Shown: positions 1-7,890, counted from the first letter of the stretch. The stretch: 33,876 nt of DNA from a virus (IMGVR_UViG_3300038393_001293:1-33876); one strand, 5' to 3'. Numbers and translations are program-made. Notes: generated from the sequence alone by a model not told the origin.

Positions 1-67
1 ATACGTCGTCGCAGATTTTCAGTAATGAGGCCGTATCTGCCAGCATCTCATCCTGTTCCTTGCTCAT
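1..67 (-). CDS. Hypothetical protein, 5' part only (MSKEQDEMLADTASLLKICDDV...), runs off the window
   Basis: ATG overlaps the stop of 64..294 (ATGA coupling); frame is open to the window edge. Confidence 0.5.
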   Translation of the reverse strand, partial: MSKEQDEMLADTASLLKICDDV

Positions 68-294
68 CGAATGGGCTCCTGGAGCTGATAGCATGTGACT
101 TTCAGCGCATAAGGGCAGCTGACCGTCATGCAAGGGCCGTGCGGAGGTCCGCCGCAAACAGTGCACAATGCCGGGGCCACCGACGACCGGCCCTGTTGTT
201 CGACCGCTGCCAGTCTGGCTTCCACAGCCGCGAGCCGTGCTTCAAGCGCCGTAAGGCGCTGAGCCAATTCGCCTGGGTGTACATCCTGTGTCAT
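64..294 (-). CDS. Hypothetical protein, coiled coil plus Cys/His (possible zinc-binding) motif
   Basis: Heptads LTALEARLAAVEARLAAVE, then CxxC...H..C....C; AAGGA RBS upstream. Confidence 0.6.
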   Translation of the reverse strand: MTQDVHPGELAQRLTALEARLAAVEARLAAVEQQGRSSVAPALCTVCGGPPHGPCMTVSCPYALKVTCYQLQEPIR

Positions 295-335
295 TGGGCG
301 TTTGTCCTTGGGGGTGGGGATTAGGGGAGGGCCGC

Positions 336-530
336 TTATCTGACGACCCAGCGCATGACGGCACCAAGCGGGTAATAAACCGTTCCGTTCTGCGTCTTGA
401 TTTCAAGCACGTCCTGAAAGATCACCGACCAATCCTTGTCGCTTGCTAATTCGTACGCAGCCGGCGGATCATTCTCCGGATAGACGGTCACCATCGCCGT
501 CTTATTTGTCGTCCTTAGAACCGCACTCAC
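336..530 (-). CDS. Hypothetical phage protein (64 aa)
   Basis: GTG start with AAGGGG RBS; fits the leftward operon. Confidence 0.65.
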   Translation of the reverse strand: MSAVLRTTNKTAMVTVYPENDPPAAYELASDKDWSVIFQDVLEIKTQNGTVYYPLGAVMRWVVR

Positions 531-584
531 TTTTAACCCCTTCCTTGTTTAAGGCCCCAAGGGCCTTCCCTATTACGTAATTAA

Positions 585-1163
585 CTAAAGCCCGACGAAC
601 ACCCAGAAGCCGCACCACGCGGCGCCGAAGAACCTGGTATCGAAGCGGCTACGCACCACGGGGATGAAGGCGATCGGCCAATAGAAGATCACCGTCAGCA
701 CGCCCGAGATCCCGGCGAGCCAGCTGTGCAGCAGGGCGCCGATCAGCGCGCACGGCATCGCGTAGCGGATGGCGTTGTACCAGAGCCACGTCGGCCACCC
801 GAGTTCGTCGCCGGCGCCGCCCTTATGGCCAGAGATGAACATGGCGACCTCGAACACCGGATCATCTTCCTCGGGCGGGATGTCCTGATGGGGGCCGCGC
901 AAGGTCTGGCCATGGGGCGCGGTGAGCACGTAGCCGAGCAAGCCAGTGCCGATCACGCCTTTGACGGCGGTCTGCCACCACGGCTCGACGCCCCACGTCG
1001 GGAAGACGATCAGCACGGCGCCGAACAAGATGGCGAGGGCGGTCCAGATGCTCCGGCCGATGCTGAGCCCAAGCACTTTCTCGTTCCAGTCGTTGCGGAT
1101 GCAGTAAACCAGCAACGCGCCGATGACGCCCTGAAGCAGCGTCGCGATGGTGTGGGGGATCAT
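585..1163 (-). CDS. Multi-pass membrane protein (about 192 aa)
   Basis: Start MIPHT with AAGGA/GGAG RBS; several hydrophobic, Trp-rich segments. Confidence 0.75.
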   Translation of the reverse strand: MIPHTIATLLQGVIGALLVYCIRNDWNEKVLGLSIGRSIWTALAILFGAVLIVFPTWGVEPWWQTAVKGVIGTGLLGYVLTAPHGQTLRGPHQDIPPEEDDPVFEVAMFISGHKGGAGDELGWPTWLWYNAIRYAMPCALIGALLHSWLAGISGVLTVIFYWPIAFIPVVRSRFDTRFFGAAWCGFWVFVGL

Positions 1164-1269
1164 CTCCAAATTCCTTTCTTCTTCCCGTAGAACGCGATCA
1201 GACAAAGCACGACACCGTAGGCAAGCAAAATCAGCACCGCGACGGCCGCCAGAAAACTCCCGAGGCAGC

Positions 1270-1653
1270 TCACCGCTTGTCTCCCGCCAATTCTCTAAGG
1301 TCGTCAACGACCACGGCGCTAATCAAAATGTGAGGTGAGGAGGACTTTGCCCAGGCCGAATTTCCCGGCAGGTGAGCCCTTCGCCACCAACGGCGTGTGT
1401 AGAGCATGATGTATGCGCACGCGATCGCGTCTACCGTGGCTGCGCGCCTGATAAGTTTCGCAATGCGGCCCGGCGGGTTTGGCGCAACGAGGCTTCCGCC
1501 AAAACGAGTGACAACAGGAATTCTGGAAGCGTAAGCGACGCACTCGTCCGTCAGCTTCTTCGCCCATCCCTCGCGGGTGCGGGGATTCAGCGCCGTCCGC
1601 GCCGTCGTAGCAAACTGCGGGCTTACCTCTCTACCTGCGTTGGCCCAGCTCAC
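1270..1653 (-). CDS. Hypothetical basic protein
   Basis: GTGA overlap with the resolvase stop; no recognisable motif. Confidence 0.45.
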   Translation of the reverse strand: MSWANAGREVSPQFATTARTALNPRTREGWAKKLTDECVAYASRIPVVTRFGGSLVAPNPPGRIAKLIRRAATVDAIACAYIMLYTRRWWRRAHLPGNSAWAKSSSPHILISAVVVDDLRELAGDKR

Positions 1654-2105
1654 GACAACACCTCCCCGTTAATCCTCAAAGACAGCAGCGCGATTGCGTC
1701 TGCCTCATTGTCGTCCTTCGGGCTGAAGCCCCACCGGCGCACCGCTTCCATCATGGCGTCCTTCTTGGCATTGCCCTTGCCGGTCGCGTGCTTCTTGATC
1801 GTCTGCACGGGGATCCCCTGATAGGGGATGCCGCGCGCCTCGCACCACTTCGTCAGGATCGCCAGCAACCCGCCGTAGATATGGGCCGCGTCGGTGCCGA
1901 TATGGCGCCGCACCGCTTCGAACACCACTTCCGTTACGCCGTCGCCTTCGACCCATTTGTCCAGCCAGCGTTCGAACGCCAGGAAGCGCATTCCCCCGCC
2001 GGCGAACTTGCCTTGGGCGAAGTTCTCTGTGCCGGAGTCCTTGACATGCGACGTGCCGCAGGCCCAGCCGGTCTTGGTGCCGAGGTCGAGGGCGAGGATG
2101 GTCAT
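1650..2105 (-). CDS. ruvC: RuvC-like Holliday junction resolvase
   Basis: Motifs ILALDLGTKTGWA, VFE, IKKHATGKGNAKK and DNEADAIAL match RuvC catalytic motifs. Confidence 0.88.
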   Translation of the reverse strand: MTILALDLGTKTGWACGTSHVKDSGTENFAQGKFAGGGMRFLAFERWLDKWVEGDGVTEVVFEAVRRHIGTDAAHIYGGLLAILTKWCEARGIPYQGIPVQTIKKHATGKGNAKKDAMMEAVRRWGFSPKDDNEADAIALLSLRINGEVLS

Positions 2106-2278
2106 CGACGCGGCTCCATCGGAGTGTCCGCGTAATACCCGCCATAGACGAAAACGCCTTCATCGTCTTGGTACACGTTGGATATGTCGAGCGACCAGCG
2201 TGTATCTGCGTCGTCTATCATGACTGCCATCGAAGGGTCGAAAGCCTTGAGCTTTTCGATGAACTCTCCCACCGTCAC
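2102..2278 (-). CDS. Small hypothetical phage protein (58 aa, MTVGEFIEKLKAFDPSM...), not in the ORF track
   Basis: Translated by hand; coupled by GTGA/ATGA overlaps on both sides. Confidence 0.75.
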   Translation of the reverse strand: MTVGEFIEKLKAFDPSMAVMIDDADTRWSLDISNVYQDDEGVFVYGGYYADTPMEPRR

Positions 2279-3072
2279 GACGCAACCCTCACTTCAGCGA
2301 TCTCTGGCAGCAGGTTCATCAGCGGCGACCATGCCTTCAGGCCAATGTCCCACTGCACCATCGCTCCGGCGGCACCGCCATATCCGGGAGACAGCGCCAT
2401 AATGACCCCGACCGAGCCGTCGTCGGTGTCACGCACCCGACATCCCGGCACCAGCAGCGCGTTATATTCCGGCCGCGGCTCATCGCGGATCGCCGCTGCC
2501 TTCGCAGGGAACCCGACCAGCAGCCCGGCTTTCATCAACTCGCCAACCGCCTTCGCGCCGAACTCCGCAGCGCTCCGACAATCGTTCACGATCTCGATAT
2601 CCACTGGCAGCGTCGCCGCGAACGCCTCCGATCGATGCGCATCGCCTGCCTTCAGGCTCGGCCGCACCACGCGGATCAGCACCGCGCCGACATCTTTCAG
2701 CGCCGCGCACTCGTCGGCGAACCGCATATCGGTGCAGATGATGTTCTCCGTCCGGCCGACGACCCCGCGCTTCCAGCGCTGGATCCACACGCCTTCGAAC
2801 ATGTCCCGGAAGCACTCCGTGCCGACGGTCTGCATGATCTCGCGCGGCGACATATGCGGCCACCGGTCAAGCTTGCGCTCTTTGACCTCTTGCGAGCCGT
2901 ACATCTCGTCGTGCGTCAGGCCGAACACCTCGGCGCACACATTCTTCAGAGAATCCGCGAAATTCACCTGCCACACGCCTTCCGGCGTATCGCCCAGGTA
3001 AGCACTAATCGCCGCGCCGCAGGTGTCCTTGCCGGCGCCCTTCAGGCCCGTAATTCCAAAAATCTTTCGCAT
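2275..3072 (-). CDS. Deoxynucleoside monophosphate kinase (phage type) with a C-terminal extension
   Basis: P-loop GLKGAGKDT, FADSLK, REIMQTVGTE, TDMRFADE; GGGGG RBS before the ATG at 3072. Confidence 0.88.
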   Translation of the reverse strand: MRKIFGITGLKGAGKDTCGAAISAYLGDTPEGVWQVNFADSLKNVCAEVFGLTHDEMYGSQEVKERKLDRWPHMSPREIMQTVGTECFRDMFEGVWIQRWKRGVVGRTENIICTDMRFADECAALKDVGAVLIRVVRPSLKAGDAHRSEAFAATLPVDIEIVNDCRSAAEFGAKAVGELMKAGLLVGFPAKAAAIRDEPRPEYNALLVPGCRVRDTDDGSVGVIMALSPGYGGAAGAMVQWDIGLKAWSPLMNLLPEIAEVRVAS

Positions 3073-3104
3073 TGAAACCCCCGCTGTAGTATTTTGCGAA
3101 TCAG

Positions 3105-3190
3105 ACAATAGACGACACACCGCCACCCGCGCAAGAGGAATTTTAGCTTTGCCTTAAGTGTGTGGCGTGCAGTACCGTGTCGTGTTTTGT
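3105..3190. promoter_or_regulatory. Divergent sigma70-like promoter pair with CGACA boxes
   Basis: Minus strand TTGCGC-N18-TATTGT (3134-3105); plus strand TTGCCT-N18-TACCGT (3149-3178); motifs GACAATAGACGACA and TGTCGTGTTTTGT. Confidence 0.6.
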
Positions 3191-3229
3191 ATGGCAGCGC
3201 AGCCAGCAACAACGCAAAAGGGGCCTAAA

Positions 3230-3340
3230 ATGAAGCGTTTCCTCACTTGGGTGCTCAGCATCGTGAGCCCGTATGACCCGCCGCCGGCGTACCGGGCGAA
3301 CCTGGTCGTCGGAATTCTCACGACAACGTGTGGACGGTAG
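3230..3340 (+). CDS. Small protein (36 aa, MKRFLTWVLSIV...)
   Basis: AAGGGG RBS; first ORF after the rightward promoter, 9 nt before the primase gene. Confidence 0.45.
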   Translation: MKRFLTWVLSIVSPYDPPPAYRANLVVGILTTTCGR

Positions 3341-3349
3341 GGCTTCCCA

Positions 3350-5212
3350 GTGTCGTCCGACAAGCTGACCGCTGCGCTTGCCCTCGCGAAACGCGGTTTC
3401 CGCGTCTTCCCCCTCGTCCCCGACGGCAAAACCCCTGCCATCAAAGCCTGGCCGGAAAAGGCAACAACCGATCTATCTACGCTTGAAAAATGGTTCGGTT
3501 CGCCTCGCAACTATAATATTGGCATCGCCACCGGCAACGGCCTCACCGTCATCGACATCGACTGCAAAAACGGGCGGAACGGCTTCGAGTCGTATTCCGC
3601 CCTCGCGGCATTGCACGACATTCCGGACAGTTACACGGTCACAACGCCCACGGGTGGTAAGCATGTCTACCTCGCGTCTAACGAAGACCATCGAAACAGC
3701 GCTTCAAAGCTTGGAGAAGGTGTCGACGTTCGAGGACTTGGCGGATTTGTTGTTGGACCCGGGTCAACCATTGGAGGCGCGTTTTACCGCGCTGACCAAC
3801 CTGACGCTCACCTTGGCGACGCGCCACAAGCCCTCTTTGCTGACCTTGGATCAGATCGCCCAGCTATCAGCGAGGCTCTCGCACGCGACGCTGGCCGAAT
3901 CGACCTTGACGCCCCCGACGCCATCCAACGCGCAACCCAATACCTGATCGGCGCTGAGCCGGCCGTCGAAGGCGCCGGCGGCGACGCGCACACCTTCGCC
4001 GTAGCGGCCAAGCTCAAGGACTTTGGCCTCACGCCCGAAACCGCTTTAGACCTGCTGCTCGAGCATTGGAACCCGCGCTGCGCCCCTGCCTGGGACGCCG
4101 ACGACCTGCAGCGCAAGGTGCACAACGCCTTCGCTTACGGCACATCACCGCCCGGAATCGCCTCACCGCAGCTCGACTTCGAGCCTGTGGAAACCACGCA
4201 GGCCGGGAATAAGCTGTATATCGAGCTGTTCGCCGACATCACGGTCGACACCGACACGCGGCCGCTGATCGAGGACTATCTCGACCAGAACGCCTTCAGC
4301 GTCCTCTATGGCGAATCGAACACCGGCAAAACCTTCGTGGCGCTGGACATCGCGCACCACATCGCCACCGGCGCGCCGTGGCTGGGGCGCCAGGTCGAGC
4401 AGGGCGGGGTGCTGTACGTCGCTGCCGAAGGCGGCAAAGGCATCCGCAAGCGCATAGCTGCGCTCCGGAAGGTCCGCGGCAGCCATAAAGAGGTGCCGCT
4501 GGCTGTTGTGCCATGCCCCATCAATTTGAGAGGGCGGAATTCCGACGTCGGCGCTCTGATCGCGCTCATGGATGAAGCCGCGTTGGCCATGGGTATACCG
4601 GTCAGCCTGGTCGTGATCGACACCCTTTCGCGCGCCATGTCCGGCGCCAATGAGAACGCTTCCGAGGACATGACAGCCTTCGTCGCGGCCGTGGACAAGA
4701 TCCGCGCGTCGTGCGCCGCGCATGTGCTGGTCGTCCATCACAGCGGCAAGGACACGGCTAAGGGCGCCCGCGGGCACTCGTCGCTGCGCGCGGCCACGGA
4801 CACCGAGCTTGAGGTGGCCGACAATACGCTGCAGGTGCGCAAGCAGCGCGACATGGACTATGCGGAGGCCAGGGGCTTCCGTCTGCAGCCGGTGGACGTG
4901 GGCGAGGCCCGCAACGGCAAGAAAATCACCAGCTGCGTGGTTGCCTGGGGCGCCGCGGGGCTCGACTTCGAAGATATCGCCCTCACCAGGGATGAGCAGA
5001 ATTACCTGATGGCGTTGCAGGCTGCGATCGAGGCGGCCGGCGATCTGTGCCGGGGCGTCGTGCCGCTGGCTGCGGTGGTCGCGTCATACGCCGAATTGGG
5101 CCTGCCGTCCCCGAGCGAAAAGACGGTGCGCCGTGGCCTGATCGCCCTCGAAAGCAAGGGCGCGGTGAAGCGTGCGGGCTCCGCGCGCGGTACAAAGTGG
5201 TCAATTTCCTAA
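3350..5212 (+). CDS. Bifunctional Prim-Pol primase / RepA-like (AAA_25) helicase with C-terminal winged helix
   Basis: VFPL..GKTP, NIGIATG, VIDID, TPTGGKHVY, DVRGLGGFVV (Prim-Pol); PriCT-like middle; Walker A GESNTGKT, Walker B VVIDT, HHSGK, RGHSSL. Confidence 0.93.
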   Translation: MSSDKLTAALALAKRGFRVFPLVPDGKTPAIKAWPEKATTDLSTLEKWFGSPRNYNIGIATGNGLTVIDIDCKNGRNGFESYSALAALHDIPDSYTVTTPTGGKHVYLASNEDHRNSASKLGEGVDVRGLGGFVVGPGSTIGGAFYRADQPDAHLGDAPQALFADLGSDRPAISEALARDAGRIDLDAPDAIQRATQYLIGAEPAVEGAGGDAHTFAVAAKLKDFGLTPETALDLLLEHWNPRCAPAWDADDLQRKVHNAFAYGTSPPGIASPQLDFEPVETTQAGNKLYIELFADITVDTDTRPLIEDYLDQNAFSVLYGESNTGKTFVALDIAHHIATGAPWLGRQVEQGGVLYVAAEGGKGIRKRIAALRKVRGSHKEVPLAVVPCPINLRGRNSDVGALIALMDEAALAMGIPVSLVVIDTLSRAMSGANENASEDMTAFVAAVDKIRASCAAHVLVVHHSGKDTAKGARGHSSLRAATDTELEVADNTLQVRKQRDMDYAEARGFRLQPVDVGEARNGKKITSCVVAWGAAGLDFEDIALTRDEQNYLMALQAAIEAAGDLCRGVVPLAAVVASYAELGLPSPSEKTVRRGLIALESKGAVKRAGSARGTKWSIS

Positions 5213-5254
5213 GTCGTTAAATGTCGCGTAATGGCCGCGAATGTCAGGAAGTTA

Positions 5255-5439
5255 TCGGACAAAAAGCCGTGTCCGATTAGCGAGTCGAAACAATGAATCG
5301 GACAATCGGACATTTGGCGTGTCCGATATAAGTGACTGAAATACCATGGGAAAACATTTCGGACATTATCGGACATTGAAAATTCGGAATCGGACATTCG
5401 GACACCCCCCTATAAGGGTGTCCGATACGGGTTGTCCGA
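5255..5439. repeat. Iteron-like array, putative replication origin: 11 x TCGGACA (7 forward, 4 reverse)
   Basis: Forward copies at 5255, 5298, 5306, 5359, 5369, 5390, 5398; reverse at 5270, 5320, 5419, 5433. AT-rich; palindrome TCGGACACCC-N8-GGGTGTCCGA at 5398-5425. Confidence 0.8.
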
Positions 5440-5445
5440 TAACTT

Positions 5446-5967
5446 TTGCCGAAGGGTGGGACTGAAAAATTGGACCCTGAAAAGAATGCCCGTGGCCGAA
5501 AAACTGGACGCGCCCAAAAGCCTGCGGCAGAGCCGATCGATCTCAGCGGCATTCCGGATTACGTCGTCGAGGGGCTGCTTGAGTGGGAGGCGCGCCGCGC
5601 CGAGATTGCCGCTCGCCGGGCGGCCGTGTGCATCGAGCGGAACAAGCGGCCGGTGCGTGAGCGGGAGGCGCGGTTCAAGGCGCGCCGGAGCGCGCTCAAA
5701 GCGATAGGGGGCAAGGGGGGCGTTTTCAGGGTGAACAACGGCGCGGACCTGAAAGCGCTTGCGGCCATGTCGGATTGGTCGACCCTGTACGAATTGCGCA
5801 CCAGGCTCGCCGGCGTTGTGCCGTCGTATCACCTGCGGAAGATCCTAGACCGGTTGTGGCGCGAGGGGCGGGTGCTCAAGCGCTTGAACCCTGACCGCTC
5901 GTCGGCCGCACCGCGAGGCCTCGCAAAGGGCAACGCCCGGTGCCTATTCCAGTACAAGGCCGCATGA
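5446..5967 (+). CDS. Basic hypothetical protein with a possible C-terminal winged HTH
   Basis: STLYELRTRL...LRKILDRLWREGRVLKR pattern; start codon uncertain. Confidence 0.6.
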   Translation: MPKGGTEKLDPEKNARGRKTGRAQKPAAEPIDLSGIPDYVVEGLLEWEARRAEIAARRAAVCIERNKRPVREREARFKARRSALKAIGGKGGVFRVNNGADLKALAAMSDWSTLYELRTRLAGVVPSYHLRKILDRLWREGRVLKRLNPDRSSAAPRGLAKGNARCLFQYKAA

Positions 5968-5999
5968 AAAAAAGCGGCGCCGTTTAAAGCGGCGCCGCT
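5967..5999 (-). terminator. Intrinsic terminator between convergent operons
   Basis: GC-rich inverted repeat AGCGGCGCCG...CGGCGCCGCT preceded by A7 (U-tract on the minus strand). Confidence 0.7.
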
Positions 6000-6024
6000 A
6001 AGGGGTAGCTGGGGGATTTTTGGG

Positions 6025-6111
6025 CTAGTGAATTGAGAGGGCGACCAGCCAAGCGCCCAGGAGGGCTAGAAAGCAGAAGATGTTGAGCAGGTGGGAGAGG
6101 AGGTAGAGCAT
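6025..6111 (-). CDS. Hydrophobic micropeptide, 28 aa (MLYLLSHLLNIFCFLALLGAWLVALSIH)
   Basis: Hand translation; TAATG overlap with the upstream stop; GAGGAGG RBS. Confidence 0.6.
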   Translation of the reverse strand: MLYLLSHLLNIFCFLALLGAWLVALSIH

Positions 6112-6470
6112 TAGGGCTGTGCCTCCTCGGGTTCAAAGGCTTCGAGCGTATCGTGAGCAGAAGATGCCCACAGTTCGACAGCGTGCGAGAGGTAGAAGCA
6201 CGCCAGGCCGGACCATGAGGTATCTTTAGGCGGTTGCGGAAGTTCGCCGGTTGCGTCTTCGATGTACTGCAGGACGTCATCGCCATGCTCGCGCATCACG
6301 TCCAATGCGGCGGCGTAGGTTACGGCCGGCATGTACGCGCCGCTGTCACATCCGCCTTGAACGATAGCAGCCACCGTCGAGGGGTCGATGTCGTCTTCGA
6401 TCCAAGCCGGGATCTCGAGGTCAAGGCCCACGATGTCGCAGACCGGCGTTTCAGTGTTCCAGAGGTCCAT
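6111..6470 (-). CDS. Highly acidic protein, candidate Ocr-like DNA mimic
   Basis: About 24 D/E versus 2 K/R in 119 aa; GGCDSG motif; early-operon position. Confidence 0.6.
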   Translation of the reverse strand: MDLWNTETPVCDIVGLDLEIPAWIEDDIDPSTVAAIVQGGCDSGAYMPAVTYAAALDVMREHGDDVLQYIEDATGELPQPPKDTSWSGLACFYLSHAVELWASSAHDTLEAFEPEEAQP

Positions 6471-6548
6471 GGTCTAATTCCCCGTGATGATGCAAAAGCC
6501 GTAGAACACGGCGAAAGCGGCAAGGCCGGCGAGCCAGAGGGAGAGGGG
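6468..6548. repeat. 81-bp exact direct repeat, copy 1
   Basis: Identical to 7062-7142. Confidence 0.95.
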
Positions 6549-6569
6549 CGGGCGCGGTGTGGTGGTCAT
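6474..6569 (-). CDS. Single-TM micropeptide copy 1 (31 aa, MTTTPRPPLSLWLAGLAAFAVFYGFCIITGN)
   Basis: Hand translation; ATGA overlap with the upstream gene. Confidence 0.65.
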   Translation of the reverse strand: MTTTPRPPLSLWLAGLAAFAVFYGFCIITGN

Positions 6570-6811
6570 TTGTCGAATACCTCGACCGTATAGGCGGAGG
6601 AGTCCGCGTCTGACGTGTCTACCGCCAGCACAGCGTCGTCGTTGTCAACGTGGACGTAAATTTTCCATCCAGGGGTTCCGTCGTTGCGACGCTCAAGCCA
6701 CACACGCGGGCCATTCTCGGGGTGTTGTGGCATCGCGCAGTCAACGACGAGAGAGTCGCCAAAGAGCTGAACAGTGACCGGGCGGCCGTCGATGTCGTGC
6801 CGGATGCTCAT
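6566..6811 (-). CDS. Hypothetical acidic protein (81 aa, MSIRHDIDG...)
   Basis: ATGA overlaps at both ends. Confidence 0.7.
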   Translation of the reverse strand: MSIRHDIDGRPVTVQLFGDSLVVDCAMPQHPENGPRVWLERRNDGTPGWKIYVHVDNDDAVLAVDTSDADSSAYTVEVFDK

Positions 6812-7029
6812 GACACCACCATGATGCGCTTGTGGTGAGCAGCCGCTTGAACGACGCGTGCCGCGTCGTCCCACGAGCGGGCCAGCTTGAAATCGCCCCA
6901 GTTGGTTTCGATACGGCGCGCCTTTTCAACGGCAATATTCGCCACGGCTTCGAGCAGGCCCGACAGGCCCGCGCGGTCGATCATCAGCTCGAGCTCGGTC
7001 TTTTGGGTGTCTGTGAGCGGTTGTGTCAT
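6808..7029 (-). CDS. Hypothetical helical phage protein (73 aa)
   Basis: AAAGGTGG RBS; coupled within the operon. Confidence 0.7.
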   Translation of the reverse strand: MTQPLTDTQKTELELMIDRAGLSGLLEAVANIAVEKARRIETNWGDFKLARSWDDAARVVQAAAHHKRIMVVS

Positions 7030-7061
7030 TGGCCACCTTTGGCGCGTTCGGATTCAAAGCT

Positions 7062-7142
7062 CATGGTCTAATTCCCCGTGATGATGCAAAAGCCGTAGAA
7101 CACGGCGAAAGCGGCAAGGCCGGCGAGCCAGAGGGAGAGGGG
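7062..7142. repeat. 81-bp exact direct repeat, copy 2
   Basis: Identical to 6468-6548. Confidence 0.95.
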
Positions 7143-7157
7143 AGGGCGTGTGGTCAT
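7068..7157 (-). CDS. Single-TM micropeptide copy 2 (29 aa, MTTRPPLSLWLAGLAAFAVFYGFCIITGN)
   Basis: AGGAGG RBS; ATGA overlap with the clamp-like gene. Confidence 0.7.
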   Translation of the reverse strand: MTTRPPLSLWLAGLAAFAVFYGFCIITGN

Positions 7158-7843
7158 TCCGCCGCCTCCTGTTTCGGGGTTTCTGGCCGCTGGAAAAGCC
7201 AGGAGGGAAGCGCGCAGTTGTGGCTGACACGAATGGGCATAAGCACGCCTACAAATTCGGGGCAGCCCGAGACAAAGACCCATGCGGGGCTTGAAGGATC
7301 TTCGGAATGCACCACGATGGGCGCGCCTCTCACGTTGGCGACCGTTCCGAAATCGGCCAGGTATTTGCTGTTGAAGCCTGTGGGCTGAAGCGGGTTATCA
7401 CTCGGCGCCGGAGGGCATACGCGCGACCAATCAGGGAAGGCGTGGTCGATTAGAACCTTCGGCGAAACGGCGGAAGGCTGCAGGTCTAGCAGGTTGGCGG
7501 GAGCAGTTTCGTCTTCGGCCAACGAAGGCGCCACGTAAGCGACGTTTGCGTTGTGGTCGATATAGACGGATTGCGGAACGCCCCGTTTGCCAACGGAAGC
7601 CTTGCAGGCTTCCACCGCGTCTTTGGAAAGCTGCACAACACACGCTTCAGCGACCACCGCGTCGGGATCGTGGAAGATGCCGAGCCGATGGCCATCTGTG
7701 GCGACGACGTACGCGCCTTTAACCGGGTGCGGTTGGAGGGCGAAGCCGTTGAGGTAGTAGCGCGTTTGCTCGTTTGAGACGAATGGCTGAATGCGTGCGG
7801 CGATCGAAGCAGAGACGATGGAAAGCTTGCGAGCGTTGGTCAT
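7154..7843 (-). CDS. DNA polymerase III beta-clamp (DnaN)-like protein, 229 aa
   Basis: TRYYLNG, VATDGHRL, FPDW, GFNSKYL and VLMPIR match DnaN central and C-terminal domains; AAAGGGG RBS before the ATG at 7843. Confidence 0.8.
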   Translation of the reverse strand: MTNARKLSIVSASIAARIQPFVSNEQTRYYLNGFALQPHPVKGAYVVATDGHRLGIFHDPDAVVAEACVVQLSKDAVEACKASVGKRGVPQSVYIDHNANVAYVAPSLAEDETAPANLLDLQPSAVSPKVLIDHAFPDWSRVCPPAPSDNPLQPTGFNSKYLADFGTVANVRGAPIVVHSEDPSSPAWVFVSGCPEFVGVLMPIRVSHNCALPSWLFQRPETPKQEAAE

Positions 7844-7890
7844 GTTGTATCCCCTTTGTGTTGCGCCGTTGTCTTGTCGACTCGGCATAC

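Noticed and set aside
1164-1307. N-terminal extensions given in the ORF track (also for 2275..3126, 7154..7897, 12092..13015, 15801, 22104 and 24372)
   Set aside because: Downstream starts have RBSs or stop/start overlaps, and the extensions run through promoters or other genes.
2275-3072. dNMP kinase as evidence of a modified-base pathway
   Set aside because: No base-modification enzymes are visible in this window, and the kinase is common in unmodified phages.
5255-5439. CRISPR array or coding repeats (ORFs 5209..5397 and 5277..5552)
   Set aside because: The units are 7 bp, irregularly spaced and in both orientations; no cas genes; the ORFs merely translate the repeats.
6468-7142. DGR template/variable repeat pair or IS ends
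   Set aside because: The copies are identical with no adenine-specific mismatches, and there is no reverse transcriptase or transposase in the window.
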